NCBI GenBank assembly: GCA_951406725.2
Contig: OX597815.1
Location: 100,750,001 to 100,814,000 of the forward strand
Direction of reading: 5' to 3'
Origin: Octopus vulgaris
Lineage: Eukaryota
Length of the DNA: 64,000 nucleotides
Part shown: one piece after another, positions 52,310 through 64,000 of the stretch
Numbering within the stretch: position 1 is the stretch's first letter
Layout: each line of letters starts with the position of its first letter
Translations under genes and position numbers: made by a program
The notes under the pieces: generated by a model
The model's input: the letters and a program-made list of their open reading frames with translations, nothing else
What the model was told of the DNA's origin: nothing
Databases searched by the model: none

Positions 52310-54901
52310 CAGTAGTTTTATTTTTATAGTGTGCTTTCACTTCACTACCGAGCGCAGCTCTGTGTGCCTTGGGTATGTGCTGTGATTTGTTGTGATGCTC
52401 TGATGGTTATTGTATGGAAAGTGTTCTGCGTAGGATGTGTGCAGTGCCTAGTAGTGCAATTTTCTGTATGTTATATGTGTTTGTAAGTCCTGGTGTTTTT
52501 GTTATGTATTTGTCTGAATATTTTTTTATCATGCCTAATGCACCTACTATGATAGGAATTGTTTCTGTTTTTAGATTCCACATTCTGGTTACCTCTATTT
52601 CCAGGTCTTTGTATTTTGAAAGTTTCTCCATTTCTTTTAGAGACACGTTGTCATCTGCCGGTATTGATACATCAATTAGAAAGCATTTTTTTCTTCATGA
52701 TCCCTGACAACTATATCTGGTCTGTTGGCCTTAATTTCTCTATCTGTGTGTATCGGCATATCCCAGAGTATGGTTGCTTTCTCGTTTTCTGTGACCTTTT
52801 CTGGTGTGTGCCTATACCATCTTTTTTCTGTTGTTATTCCATAATGTTGGCATAGCTTCCAGTGTATGTAGGTTCCAACTCTGTCATGTCTGTGAATATA
52901 ATCCTTCTTAGCCAGGACTGGGCAGCCAGAGATAATATGATTTATTGTTTCTTGTCCATCTCCACATATTCTGCAGTTACTAGTTATATTTCTTTTCATT
53001 ACATGTTTTTGGTAATTTCTGGTGGGGAGGCTTTGATCTTGTGCTGCAATTAAAAATCCCTCTGTCTCTGCTTTGAGTCCTGAGCTTCTCAACCATTGCT
53101 GGGATTTTTCTTTGTCTATTTCTTTTGCGTTTATTTTAGTCCAGTATTTACCATGAAGGGGCTTTTCTTGCCATCGTTTTATCATGGTTCGTTGCTGTTC
53201 TATTTTTAGTTTGGATTTCATTTGTTTTATAGTTTTTGTTGTTTCTTCATCTTCTTCTTCTTTTTCATATTTATTAGGTGGTATGATTTCTTGTTTGTAT
53301 TTGTCAGCTTCCTTAAATACTGAGAACAGTTTTTTGTTTTGCTCGTGTTTTGCCGCTATTTGTATCAGTTTTCCTTCCTTCTGAAGTAGATATTTTTGCA
53401 ATCCTATGGTGGTTATTTTATAGTAGTTTTCCAGCTGTATAAGGCCTCTACCACCTTCTATACGTTGTATATATAGTCTTTCTATGTCAGATTTTGGGTG
53501 ATGCATCTTAGATCCTGTCATTATTTTTCTTGTTTTCCTATCTATTTTGGTCAGTTCATTTAGTGTCCAGTTAAGGATATTGTAGCTGTAACTTATAACT
53601 GGGACAGCTAAAGTGTTAATACCTATTATCTTGTTTTTAGCATTGAGCTCTGTTTTTAGTATTGATCTAACTCGTCTATAATATTATCTTTTTATTTTCT
53701 CTTTCATTTGTGTGTGTTGTGTCTTATCTAGTTCATGGATTCCTAAGTATTTGTAAGTTTGGCTTTGGTCTAATTCTTTTATTTCATTGGTTTTTATCTA
53801 GTGTGATGTTACTACTCTTAACTAGTTTTCCTCTTTTCAGGGTTACTTTGGCACATTTTTCTAATCCAAATTTCATATCTATTTCTTTGGTAAATCCATG
53901 AACTGTCTTTAATAGTGTTTCCAGCTGTTTGTCATTTGCAGCGTATAGTTTTAGGTCATCCTAAAAAGGTGGCTGATCGTTTTGCCATAACATTTATATC
54001 CGCATCCAGTTCTATTTAGCATATCAGATAGAGGTGACAGTGCCAAGCAGAAAAGGAGTGGAGAGAGCGTGTCTCCCTGGAATATTCCTCTTCTAATGGG
54101 GATGGCTTTGGTTTTCATGAGTCCCTCTTTTGTTTGGAGCTGTAGCACTGTTTGCCATTTATTCATAGAGTGCCCTATAAATTTTATAATTGTTGGTGCT
54201 ACTTTGTTAATGGCTAGTGTTTCGAGGATCCATGTGTGGGGGATGCTATCTAACGCCTTTTTGTAGTCGATCCAGGCCATACTGAGACCTTTCTTCTTTC
54301 TGTGGCTGTCTTCAGTTATGGCTTTATTAATCATTAGTTGATCTTTACAGCCATATGAGCCTTTGCGGCATCCTTTCTGCTCTTCTGGAAACAGGTTGTT
54401 TACGTCCAGGTGCTTGTTCAACCTTTGCGATATCACTGCAGTAAATGCCTTGTACATTGTAGGGAGGCAGGTTATTGGTCTGTAGTTTTCTGGTTTTGCT
54501 GTCTCATTTGATTTGGGAATTAAGATGGTTTTCCCCTTCGTGAGCCATTCAGGCATTGTCTCTGGCTCTGTCTTCAGCCAGCTTTTCGTGCATTCCTGAT
54601 AGATATTTCAACCAGAAGTTGGGGATCTTGTCATGCCCAGGTGCCTTCCAGTTGCTTAGTCTTTGCAGTGCCTGGGTGACCTCTTCAGTTGTTATGGGGG
54701 TCCAAAGTTGCTCAGATGCTGAGTTTGTTGTTTTGATACTCCTTTTTTTTGGTTGTTCGTTCGCTGACCATATTTCTCTCCAGAATTCTTCCACTTCTGC
54801 TGTTGGTGCTGCAGTGATTTCTATTTTATTTTTGCCAAGTTCTTGGTAGAACTTTTTGGGGTTGGAGTTGAACTTTTTGTTTTGTTCAAAGAAGCGCTGG
54901 C

Positions 54902-54902
<1 letters not shown>
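52310..54902 (-). mobile_element. 5'-truncated R4/Dong-clade non-LTR retrotransposon (RT + CCHC + restriction-like endonuclease) inserted in (TAA)n
   Basis: NWKAPGHD, NYRPITCLPTMYK, EQKGC, AWIDYKKA.DS, RGIFQGDTLSPLLF, CRICGDGQETINHIISGC, RHD, RPDIVV, KYKDL, IIVGALG; several frameshifts; (ATT)n on both sides. Confidence 0.92.
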
Positions 54903-54942
<40 letters not shown>

Positions 54943-54943
<1 letters not shown>

Positions 54944-55497
54944 GTGAGGATTGCCCCGCCGACCTCCTTTAACCGGGAGGGCAAGGCAATTTTCCTTTGC
55001 CTAGTTGCTGTAGCGAAAGAGGTGATATGGTGGACCCATTTGAAAGGGCTAAGGTCAGACACTTTCCTCTTTGGCCAAGGCCTCATCAACTTTTTCAAGT
55101 TTTACTTGAAAAGGAAGATGAGAGTAGAGAGGGAAGTGCTGTCTCGTAGTAAGTTTATTGAAAGGTGGGTGAATGTCGCAAGAATGGCCAGTATGAACGG
55201 ATCAATTCTGAGGATTCACCTGTAAAAAAAAAAAAGGTATTACAAAAGGAGAAAGTGGCTCTCTACCCCCCCCCCTCGATCAGGCTCCCATGGCTTTTAT
55301 GGGTTTTTCTACGAGTAACCTTTCGAAGCGCCTCCCCCTATTGGGAGTTCTATTTGTTACATATTTTCGTTGTTATCCTGCTTTTGTACACGGACTTTTT
55401 TTAAAACGGACAAAACCCTTTGTAACTTTCATCTTGTGTTTTGTTCCTACATGTTATAATTGGTTTTTGTTAGCCCTTGTGGCCAATAAACGAATTA

Positions 55498-55498
<1 letters not shown>
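54943..55498 (+). mobile_element. 3' end of an L1/Tx1-like LINE (ORF2 C-terminus + 3' UTR + (ATT)n tail)
   Basis: FLCLVAVAKEVIWW...KFIERW ending at 55225, then a UTR with AATAAA and a long (ATT)n. Confidence 0.6.
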
Positions 55499-55595
<97 letters not shown>

Positions 55596-56903
55596 GGCGG
55601 CGAACTGGCAGAATCGTAAGCATGCCGGGCAAAATGCTTAGCGACATTTCGTTCTACGTTCAAGTTCCGTCGAGGTCGACTTTGCCTTTCATCTTTCGGG
55701 GTCGGTAAATTAAGTACCAGTTGAGTACTGGAGTCGATGTAATCGACTTGCCCCTTCTCCCAAAATTTCAGGCCTTGTACCTATAGTAGAAAGTATTATT
55801 ATTATCATTATTATTTGCGGGAAAGTTAAAGGACATTGATATTGTCAATTGGCTTGAGAAGTCAAAGGTCTAAAGTTTCGGACTGTTTCTCTTGCATAGA
55901 AAACAGAAAAAACCTGCAATGTCAGTCTTTTCCCTCTTCATAGCAATTGTATCAATATTCTGAATATTCTTCTTTGAATTAATTGTTGCCAGGAAAGGCC
56001 TTCACCAACATCACTGGGTGCCAGATTTATATCTTGATATATTTATGATTAGTGAGTGCTGTAGTTTAATTTTTTTGTCTAGTAAAGACATTAAGCCTGT
56101 TTTGATTCTTGATTGCAATGAATATACACACACCCATGTTCTCGCACATGCATGTATGTATGAGTTGATTTATCAAATACGTCCTAGACTGGTAAACTTG
56201 AAGTTGTAAAAACAAACTTCTGCTGCTGCTGCCGCCGTTGCAGCTGTATTCCTACGTCAATTAACTCAAATGGCTTCCAGATATTCATGTCTATCGTTCA
56301 TACTCACAGACATGTCAACAAAGTTCATATCCTCGGTATCATTCTGTATTGTTCTCAACGATGTAAACTTGGACTGGTATTTTTATTTATCAATCTTGTA
56401 GGTTATGATCTCAGGACATAAAGGTCTCTAACCACAAGTATTTTTAACGATTCTGCTAATCAGCAGTTATTTTGGTATCTCTTACAGTATGAACTTTCTA
56501 AATATTTGGATATCTATAACATATTTAATGCACAGGACATTAAAAATCACACTAGAAATAACTATAGGGGTTAGGGAAAACAAAACAACATCAGTCAATG
56601 TCTAATATTTTCATTTTTCAGTAATTCCAGGAGACAATTCCAGGTATGTTTTTTTGGTATTATATTGACTTCGTCATGAAGGACAGTTTTGACCTTGTAA
56701 TTGTGTTTAGTTAGCTTTTTAATACTCCTTGCATTTTAAATGTTAACACAAACCTAACTATTAAATAAATAAAACATTTAAACAAATGCAGCCTTAGTTG
56801 TGAGACATGTGGTAAAGGTTTTCTTTGAATATGACTACTGAGTAACAAATATCCATAATTTAAAGAACACTGCAACAACATATGCATCTTACAGAATCCT
56901 TGA

Positions 56904-57155
56904 GAGAGCCTCTATGTGGTCGTTCGATCCATTAGAAAACCTAGCCAAATGTTCCTCAAATTACACCTTGCATTCTTAAGAAAAGTAAAAAGAAAGAAAG
57001 AAAGAAATGACACATTGGATGAAGTATTCTTAGATGCAATCTGGAAAAATAAAAAAAAAACAAAACAAAACCTGGAATGGTTACAGTTGAAATGTCTTCA
57101 GTCATAGGTCTGCTTGATAAGGCCGATTTTGGGCTAAACAATAACAACAATAGCA
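56904..57155 (+). repeat. Old interspersed repeat ending in (CAA)n; related copies ~18575-18910, 46815-47000, 58808-58985(-), 44170-44260(-), 10850-11030(-)
   Basis: Shared tagaaatagcagccaaat / ggtctgcttgat..gggctaaacaacaac motifs. Confidence 0.55.
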
Positions 57156-57396
57156 ATATCATAAAAGTCTTACAACTGTTTTTATTGATGCAGTAAATAT
57201 AAAGCTGTAAAGGCTTTTTGAAGAATGAATTGTTAATGGAAAACTTCACTGCCTTTTAGTAAATATAAGGGGATCTATTTGATTCAGTAGTTTTTAAGAC
57301 GGTATTCAGAATAAAGTCAGCACATCTTTTATGAAACATGCATCTCGGTCATTCAAAAGGTAGGTGCAACGAAAATATTTTACGAAGGTTTTGTTT

Positions 57397-57984
57397 TTAT
57401 CGCTCTGAGTCATTTGGGGCTGAGCTTTTCTCTTTAGTCTTTTTCACTCCATCGATAGTATCAAATTCCTCTGCTTTCTCCTTAATTTCTCTACGCTCTT
57501 TATATTCAACATGTTTTTCCCTGTTGGTTTCAGAATGAAACCATTTATTTAACAGAATGTCATGCACCGATGGTCGGCTCATATAGGCGTATGTGAATAA
57601 ACGCTTGAGCAGGTGTCGACAATCCCGGCTGATCTTATGGGTCTTACCCCATGACAAATTAAGCCGTTTTTGGTCTTCAATTATTCGTTTTATTCCTCTA
57701 CTTTCATCAAACGGCATCCGGCTGGTACCCATTATATAAAGTATTACGCCGATTGCCCATGTATCCGCTTTACGTGGATCATATGGTTCGCCGCGAAGTA
57801 TCTCTGGCGAAGCATAGGATTTAGTCCCGCAGTATGTTTGACTTAATTCACATTTTTTATTACTTGTTACGAAACCGAAATCAGTGATTTTGATGTTGTA
57901 GTTTTGATCTAAAAGTAGGTTCTCAAGCTTCAAATCACGGTGAGTAATATTTTGGCTGTGTAAGTAATCAACAGCTTTACACAC
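57397..57984 (-). CDS. Terminal exon of a testis-specific Ser/Thr kinase-like (TSSK family, CAMK group) gene; N-lobe exon(s) not found in window
   Basis: HRDLKLENLLL, DFG, LSQTYCGTKSYASPEILRGEPYDP, DTWAIGVILYIM, MPFD. Preceded by acceptor ttatttttctattatacatag (AG at 57986-57985, phase 0). AATAAA on minus at 57181-57186. Confidence 0.88.
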   Translation of the reverse strand: MCKAVDYLHSQNITHRDLKLENLLLDQNYNIKITDFGFVTSNKKCELSQTYCGTKSYASPEILRGEPYDPRKADTWAIGVILYIMGTSRMPFDESRGIKRIIEDQKRLNLSWGKTHKISRDCRHLLKRLFTYAYMSRPSVHDILLNKWFHSETNREKHVEYKERREIKEKAEEFDTIDGVKKTKEKSSAPNDSER

Positions 57985-58559
57985 CTATGTATAATAGAAA
58001 AATAATACAGTCAAAAATTGTTAAGGAAAATTCTAGAATTCTAGATAACTTACCGATGGTCTACAAGGGTACAAGAAAAAGACAAACCTAAAACAAAGAA
58101 ACAAAAAGCTCCCAAATATTTGATAAAATTTGTAAAATAAGTTTAGTTTGTGTACCAAAAGAAGAGGTAAGTTCTGACGTTCAAGAAATTAGGAAGAGCC
58201 CTGTCTAAAACTGTTTTCATTCAAGGTATACAAACTCATCTATCTCAGAAATAAAACTTTCTTCCGTTGATTTTTCTCAGAATCAGATAAAAGCAGCTTC
58301 TTTGATTTTGGTAGGAGAAATCTAAGAGGAAAAAAGCATGTGCTTTATATTAACACTACTCTTTATATTAAGAAATCATCGATGTCTGCGGTGAATAGAT
58401 ATGTAAAGTGGTACATATAGAAATAACAAGTATTTCACAAATTGTAGATAAACTGCAAATAAACAACTTAGCGTTTTGTGTTCGATTTTTTTTTTGCATA
58501 TAGCACCCAACAAGAATTATGAATTGCAACTACCGTAGAAATAAACCATTGGTTTAAAC

Positions 58560-58783
58560 CAGTGGTTCTCAATCATTTTTTTTTATCTATGGATCTCTTT
58601 GATCACTATTTTACTTTGGTGGACCCTCATAGCCTCTCTATGTTTATAAGCTAGTTCTATAGATACCTCCTTCAACACTCCTATTTTGTTTGTAACACAT
58701 CAACTTGTATAGTATGAACTACGTAACATTTTAGAGAAAGAAACCTAGCCGTTTCTTATATGGACCCTGATTGAGAACTACTA
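58560..58783. mobile_element. hAT (Charlie-like) MITE related to 44286-44568
   Basis: cagtggttctcaatc / gattgagaactacta termini; TSD gtttaaac/gtttaaat. Confidence 0.75.
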
Positions 58784-58987
58784 GTTTAAATTAACTATCG
58801 GTACCTATTGTTGTTGCTGCTTAGGCCAAGAACACCTGATTAAGCAGACATATGTAGTGAATAGTTTTCTAATCATAACCTTCCGCCTTTTACTAAAGTT
58901 AAAATATAACTAGTGCTGATAGTTATATTGTGTCCTTCCTCTTTTAAGATAGTAAAGGAGTAATATAAGGGAGATTTGGCTGCTAGT

Positions 58988-59813
58988 TGTAGTATGTTGG
59001 AGGACTGCATCGAGACTCATTCATCCTGTTACATATCCTAGTAAAACTAATCTTTCTCTCTCTTTCTCTCATATATAACATCTCTTTTGAGCTGATCAAA
59101 CTAATTGTATAGTTTTGTAGTGGACTCTCTCTCGCCGTTTGGACCATATTGTGTCCACTACTCTGATTGGTTGGTATTGGCGCACATTTCTCTCTTGCTC
59201 TGTTACGCGCCAATGTGCAACCCAACCAGTCGCAATCTTCTGATAAGGTCATGTGAGAAGTCTCTTCTGGACCTCCGTTTGCGCCGACAGTTCACTATAA
59301 AATGCTAGCTTCAACACCGAGTCGAGGTCTTTGGTTCTAGACCTTCTAAGGTCTAACTATTGACCACAGAGCATACAGCCAGTTCCAGCGACAACAGGCA
59401 CATGGAGACGAATCAACACTCGACCAGCAGCATACGGCAATCTCCGTCTCCGTCGCCAACAACATCTCTCTACGTACACAGCAACCCCCAACCGTCGCAC
59501 ATGGTTCTGTTTCCTCACTGTTCGTGAATCATTTCACCATGGTTAACAGAAAATACAACCTTCGAGAACTTCCTGTATCAAGTGACCGGCAGCAGCATAG
59601 TAGCCATAACTTCTTACACGACATGTATCTCAACCGGCTCTACTTCTTCGCCTCAACTTCTTGTTATAGAACTTCATCTATTGTGTACCTTACTACGAAC
59701 TGGTATTTATCTTCCTTGTGTCTGAACATTCTTCTAGCGCCCTATTATTGACTCTTTCTATGCTCTGTATTTAATGCACACACATACACATTATGTATAC
59801 ATGACGGCCTGCC

Positions 59814-59878
<65 letters not shown>

Positions 59879-60078
59879 TTAGTAGTAGTAGTATTCTTAT
59901 ATGACGCACACACAGACACACATATTAACACAAATAAAATCTTCTCTTAACATTATATCGGTTGTGTTTTCCCTCTAGCACTTGTACTCATTTATTCTTT
60001 TTGTATTCATTGTATCGACCGTGTGATGTACTAAAGGAGCCATTCATCGTTACCTCTCCTTCGCACGGTCGTTCTACA
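58988..60078 (+). mobile_element. Candidate solo LTR
   Basis: TGTAG...CTACA termini with a short imperfect inverted repeat, clustered CCAAT/ATTGG boxes (~59165-59215), TATAAAA ~59296, AATAAA ~59933. No canonical TSD. Confidence 0.5.
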
Positions 60079-60856
60079 GTTTTCTATCCGCGAGGAAAGG
60101 ATCGACGCACGATGTGTCGGAACGCTCGTTGAGAGCAATAAAGTTTCCCATGTATTATATTTCCCGTCTCTATCGTTATATATTCTTTTTATTTTTATTT
60201 GTTTCAGTCATTTGGCCGCTGGAGCACCGCGTTTAGTCGAGCAAATCGATCCCAGGACTTATTCTTTGTAAGCCTAGCACTTATTCTATCGGTCTCTCTT
60301 GCCGAACCACTAAGTGACGGGGACGTAAACACTCCAGCATCGGTTGTCAAGCGATGGTGGGGGGACAAACACAGACACACAAACACACACACATACATAT
60401 ATATACATATATATGACGGGCTTCTTTCAGTTTCCGTCTACCAAATCCACTCACAAGGCTTTGGTCGATCCGAGGCTATAGTAGAGGACACTTGCCCAAG
60501 GTGCCACGCATGGGACTGAAACCGGACCCATGTGGTTGGTAAGCAAACTATTTACCACACAGCCACTCTTGCGCCTATGTATATATATATACTTTATTAA
60601 AAGCTGCAAAAACATCACAAAATATCACGAAAAACTGCTCTATCAAATATATATATATACTCACACATATGTGTGCGTGTGTGTGTATCAAAACTGTCCG
60701 ACGAACGAGAACGTGAAGCTCTGTGTAGTAGTTTTTTGTGATATTTTTGTGATGTTTTTTCAGCTATAATAATAAAGCATCTTACTCTACGTCCGGTGTT
60801 TGAGTACTATTTTCCCACCTTGTTTCTCATTCATCTGCTTACTCTGGTATATATAT

Positions 60857-60911
<55 letters not shown>

Positions 60912-62099
60912 GTGCAGGCGTACCTGTGTGGTAGGAAGCTTGCTTTCCAACCACATGGTTCCGGGTTCAGAGTCACTGCGTGGTACCTTGGGTAAGTGTC
61001 TCCTACTATATTCTCAGGTGGGCCAAAACCTTGTAAGTGAATTTGGTAGATGGAAACTGAAAAAACCCTCCGTGCAACATCTATATTCCTTCCTGTGCCT
61101 GTCAAATCTTATTCCACACACGCCAGCTTAATTTAATTTGTCCTTAGTCGAAAGACAACTTTTGTTGTGTCATGTTATTTGTATTTGTGTAACATTCTCC
61201 GTTTTTTTTTCGTCCTTGTTTTCGTATACATTCGCTGCTTTCTTCCAAGGAATCTAATGCTCTTAGCTTAGTTTTTCCGTGGGGCTGGCCAGATTGGAGC
61301 AATCTCGAGTATAACCAGCCGAAATTGCAAAGATAATCTTGAACTTGACTGAGGAAAGAAAACTCCGAATGCCCCGTCCTTGTTTTCTTTGTATCGTCTA
61401 TTTGGACGTTTTGTTGTCCCTTTTTTTTGTATCACCTAACTGTCTGGATGTTTTGCGTTCTTGTCTCAATTTTATATATGTATATCTGTGTGTATGTATT
61501 TGTGTTTGCCTCCCCACCACCGCTTGATGCTGGTGTGTACAAACACACACACACACACACACACACATTGTCCGTATTTCATACGTCTAAAAGCACTATA
61601 GAATACATCCATTGAATTTAAGAGCTTAATTATTAATATATGGTTAAACTTCAATATAGTGTTATAATGAAATAGTCATAAGCAGAATGAATTTTCCCGC
61701 GCAGGCGTGACTATGTGGTAAGAGGTTTGCTTGCCAACCACATGTTTCTGGGTTAAGTCACGATGCATGGCATATTGGGCAAGTGTCTTCTGTTATATCC
61801 TCAAGCCAATCAAAACCTTGTAAGTGGATATGGAAGACGTTAACTGAAAGAAGCCCGTCACCGCTATGTGTGCGTGCGCGTGTGTGTGTGTATGCGTCAT
61901 TATTCAGTTATATTTCAAGTTTTCTTGCCAATAAAGAAAGAGTCGGTTTCTAACCTAGATTCAAGGCTCCTTCATTGGAATTTCAACTTTCACTGCAGGG
62001 TATTTTTGTATGTATGTATGTATACGTGTAGATTTGTATGTTTTGTTTTATGTATATCTTCTCAGGCATATACTTGTATATCTATACATGCTCAAATAT

Positions 62100-63045
62100 A
62101 CTTAAATGATAAACTTCTGGAAAGTTTTACAGATATTTACAGTTTCAGTAATGGCTTGGATCTGTAGTCTTCGAATCAGCTTCCTCCTTGGTTTTGAGAA
62201 GCCTAATATCTCAAGATTAGTATTTAGGCAGTGTGTTGCATATCCTAGTACCCCAATAATTACACGTATAAACCTGAACTTGTAATCTGGATAGAATAAC
62301 TGTAGATTTCTCAATAGTCCAGCGTAGGTATTCTCTTTTACACTGATCTTCAGTTTTATTTTAACATCCGCTGGGCAGCTGATCTCTACAACTGTACACG
62401 GTTTTTCTTCTCTATTCCAAATCGTTATATCAGGTTCATTGTGTTTTCATTTTACTGAGGTTTTCACTGGGACATTCCATCAGTACACTTTTTCATTATG
62501 AGTGGCTCTGGCTTCTACCATACTGTGGGCTCTTATTTCTTTGTCCTCGGAGTTATCCTTTCGACAGATCTTGTTATACAGTGTCCTAGCCACAACATCA
62601 TGTCCCATTAGTAAATAAAACTGTGATGACATTTTAAGACAACTGCATTTGATGTGTGTGATATCTTCGGTGTTAAATCTATAAAGTCTGCATCAGTTGT
62701 CACACTTTACTGCTTTTCCTGCATCTCTGCCCCTTTTGTGCAACAGGTATTTGGTTGATATTCCCTGTTTCAAAGTGGGAAGTAGTAATCCGGTCGTTGG
62801 TCCATGATAGACTGCTTTGATGATCAATGTTATCATCATCTCGGAACTTTCTACTAACATATCCATGCATGGTCTTCTGCTCATATACGCCCATCCTTTC
62901 ATCTGATGATATGTTGTAGTAGAGTCGTGCAACTTCTCTGGGCATGTATTTAAGGTTATAAGACAAGGAATGCTGCTCAAGTAGTTGCCTTCCAAGTCTT
63001 GATGTATGTATTGGTTGAAGCCTTTTCCCTACACGCATGTGAATC
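62100..63045 (-). mobile_element. Decayed restriction-like-endonuclease LINE 3' part (second family)
   Basis: CRL..EDITHI..SC, HDVVA, PDITIWN..VEISCPAD, IIGVLG, ICKTFQKF motifs across frameshifts. Confidence 0.75.
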
Positions 63046-63049
63046 ACTA

Positions 63050-64000
63050 TTCGTAATATACCAAGAATGCAACATCAATCACAAACTCGTAGAGAATGTG
63101 ACATCTCAAAATTCCAGAACCCTGACACCGCAACCACCTTTGAAGCCAAAATAAGTCAGGAACTTAGTTCTAATCCAGTAAACGACCAATCTAATGATTC
63201 GCGATATAGTCACAGAAACAGCAAATACTATCGTCAGCTTCACCAAGACCAAATAGCAGGTCTGGTTTGATGAAAACAATATTGAAATCAACAACCTGAC
63301 TGAAGCAAAAACAGAATGCTCGACTGTCTCATGAACAAGACCGAAGATCCAGACTAAAAAAAGAAAAAAAAACATAAGTGCAGGAGTGGCTGTGTGGTAA
63401 GTAACTTGCTTACGAACCACATGGTCCCGGGTTCAGTCCCACTGCGTAGCACCTTGGGCAAGTGTCTTCTATTATAGCCTCGGGCCAACCAAATCCTTGA
63501 GAGTGGATTTGGTAGACGGGAAGTGAAAGAAGCTCGTCATATATGTATATTTATGTATATTTATGCGTGTGTATATGTTTGTGTGTATGTTTGTTCCCCC
63601 AACATCGTTTGACGACCGATGCCAGTGTGTTTACGTTCCCTTAACGTAGCGGTTCTACAAACGAGACCGATAGAATAAGTACTAGGGTTACAAAGAATAA
63701 GCTCTGGGCTCGACTAAAGGCGGTGCTCCTGCATGGCCGTAGTCAAATGACTGAAACAAGTAATAGAGTAAACGGTTTCCAGAAGCTAAAATTGAAGTGT
63801 CAAACAAAAACCAAAAGAACTACAGAACATCTGGTGGAAAGAAAAAGCAGCCGAACTTCAGGGCTATGCAGATGCAGATGACCTCATAGATTTCTATGTC
63901 GAACACCAATTAGATCCTTTCTAGCATCTGACAATACAAACATCCTGGACGATGCATAAGACATACTCCTATGGTGGAAGGAAACATTTCCCACCCTCCT
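63050..64000 (+). mobile_element. BovB-like RTE fragment (APE-RT linker) interrupted by the SINE at 63379-63772
   Basis: WFDENNIEINNL before the SINE and ELQNIWWKEKAAELQGYAD after it. Confidence 0.65.
63379..63772 (+). mobile_element. tRNA-derived SINE with internal microsatellite; other copies ~13290-14150(-), 16681-17050(-), 47555-48015(-), 60185-60575(-), 60913-61075(+), 61700-61860(+)
   Basis: tggctgtgtggtaag ... gggttcagtccc ... ccttgggcaagtgtcttct head and aatgactgaaacaagtaa tail repeated across the window. Confidence 0.85.

Overview
This is AT-rich, repeat-saturated animal genomic DNA. The SINE/LINE repertoire and microsatellite load look like an octopus (coleoid cephalopod), which is an inference from remembered repeat families and not from a search. 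The only clear host coding sequence is the terminal exon of a TSSK-like Ser/Thr kinase (minus strand, 57397-57984); a probable housekeeping promoter and first exon lie near 22.1-23.3 kb. Most of the rest is mobile DNA. It includes a full-length RTE-clade LINE (27783-32225, one nonsense codon) plus many truncated copies, a DD36E Tc1 element, a 5'-truncated R4/Dong element in a (TAA)n hotspot, and remnants of Penelope, HERO, Tx1, CR1, Helitron, hAT, Merlin-like and mariner elements with several tRNA-derived SINE families. Three signals stand out. (1) The RTE 3' UTR holds a tandem array of about 62-nt modules with covariation-supported stems and a candidate H-type pseudoknot. (2) A PHD finger is inserted inside the RTE reverse transcriptase. 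(3) Three minimal hammerhead-like folds sit in or beside inverted repeats, one with a swapped 3-8 core pair. Most short ORFs in the track are microsatellite or repeat artefacts. Boundaries of degraded repeats were set by eye and are approximate.
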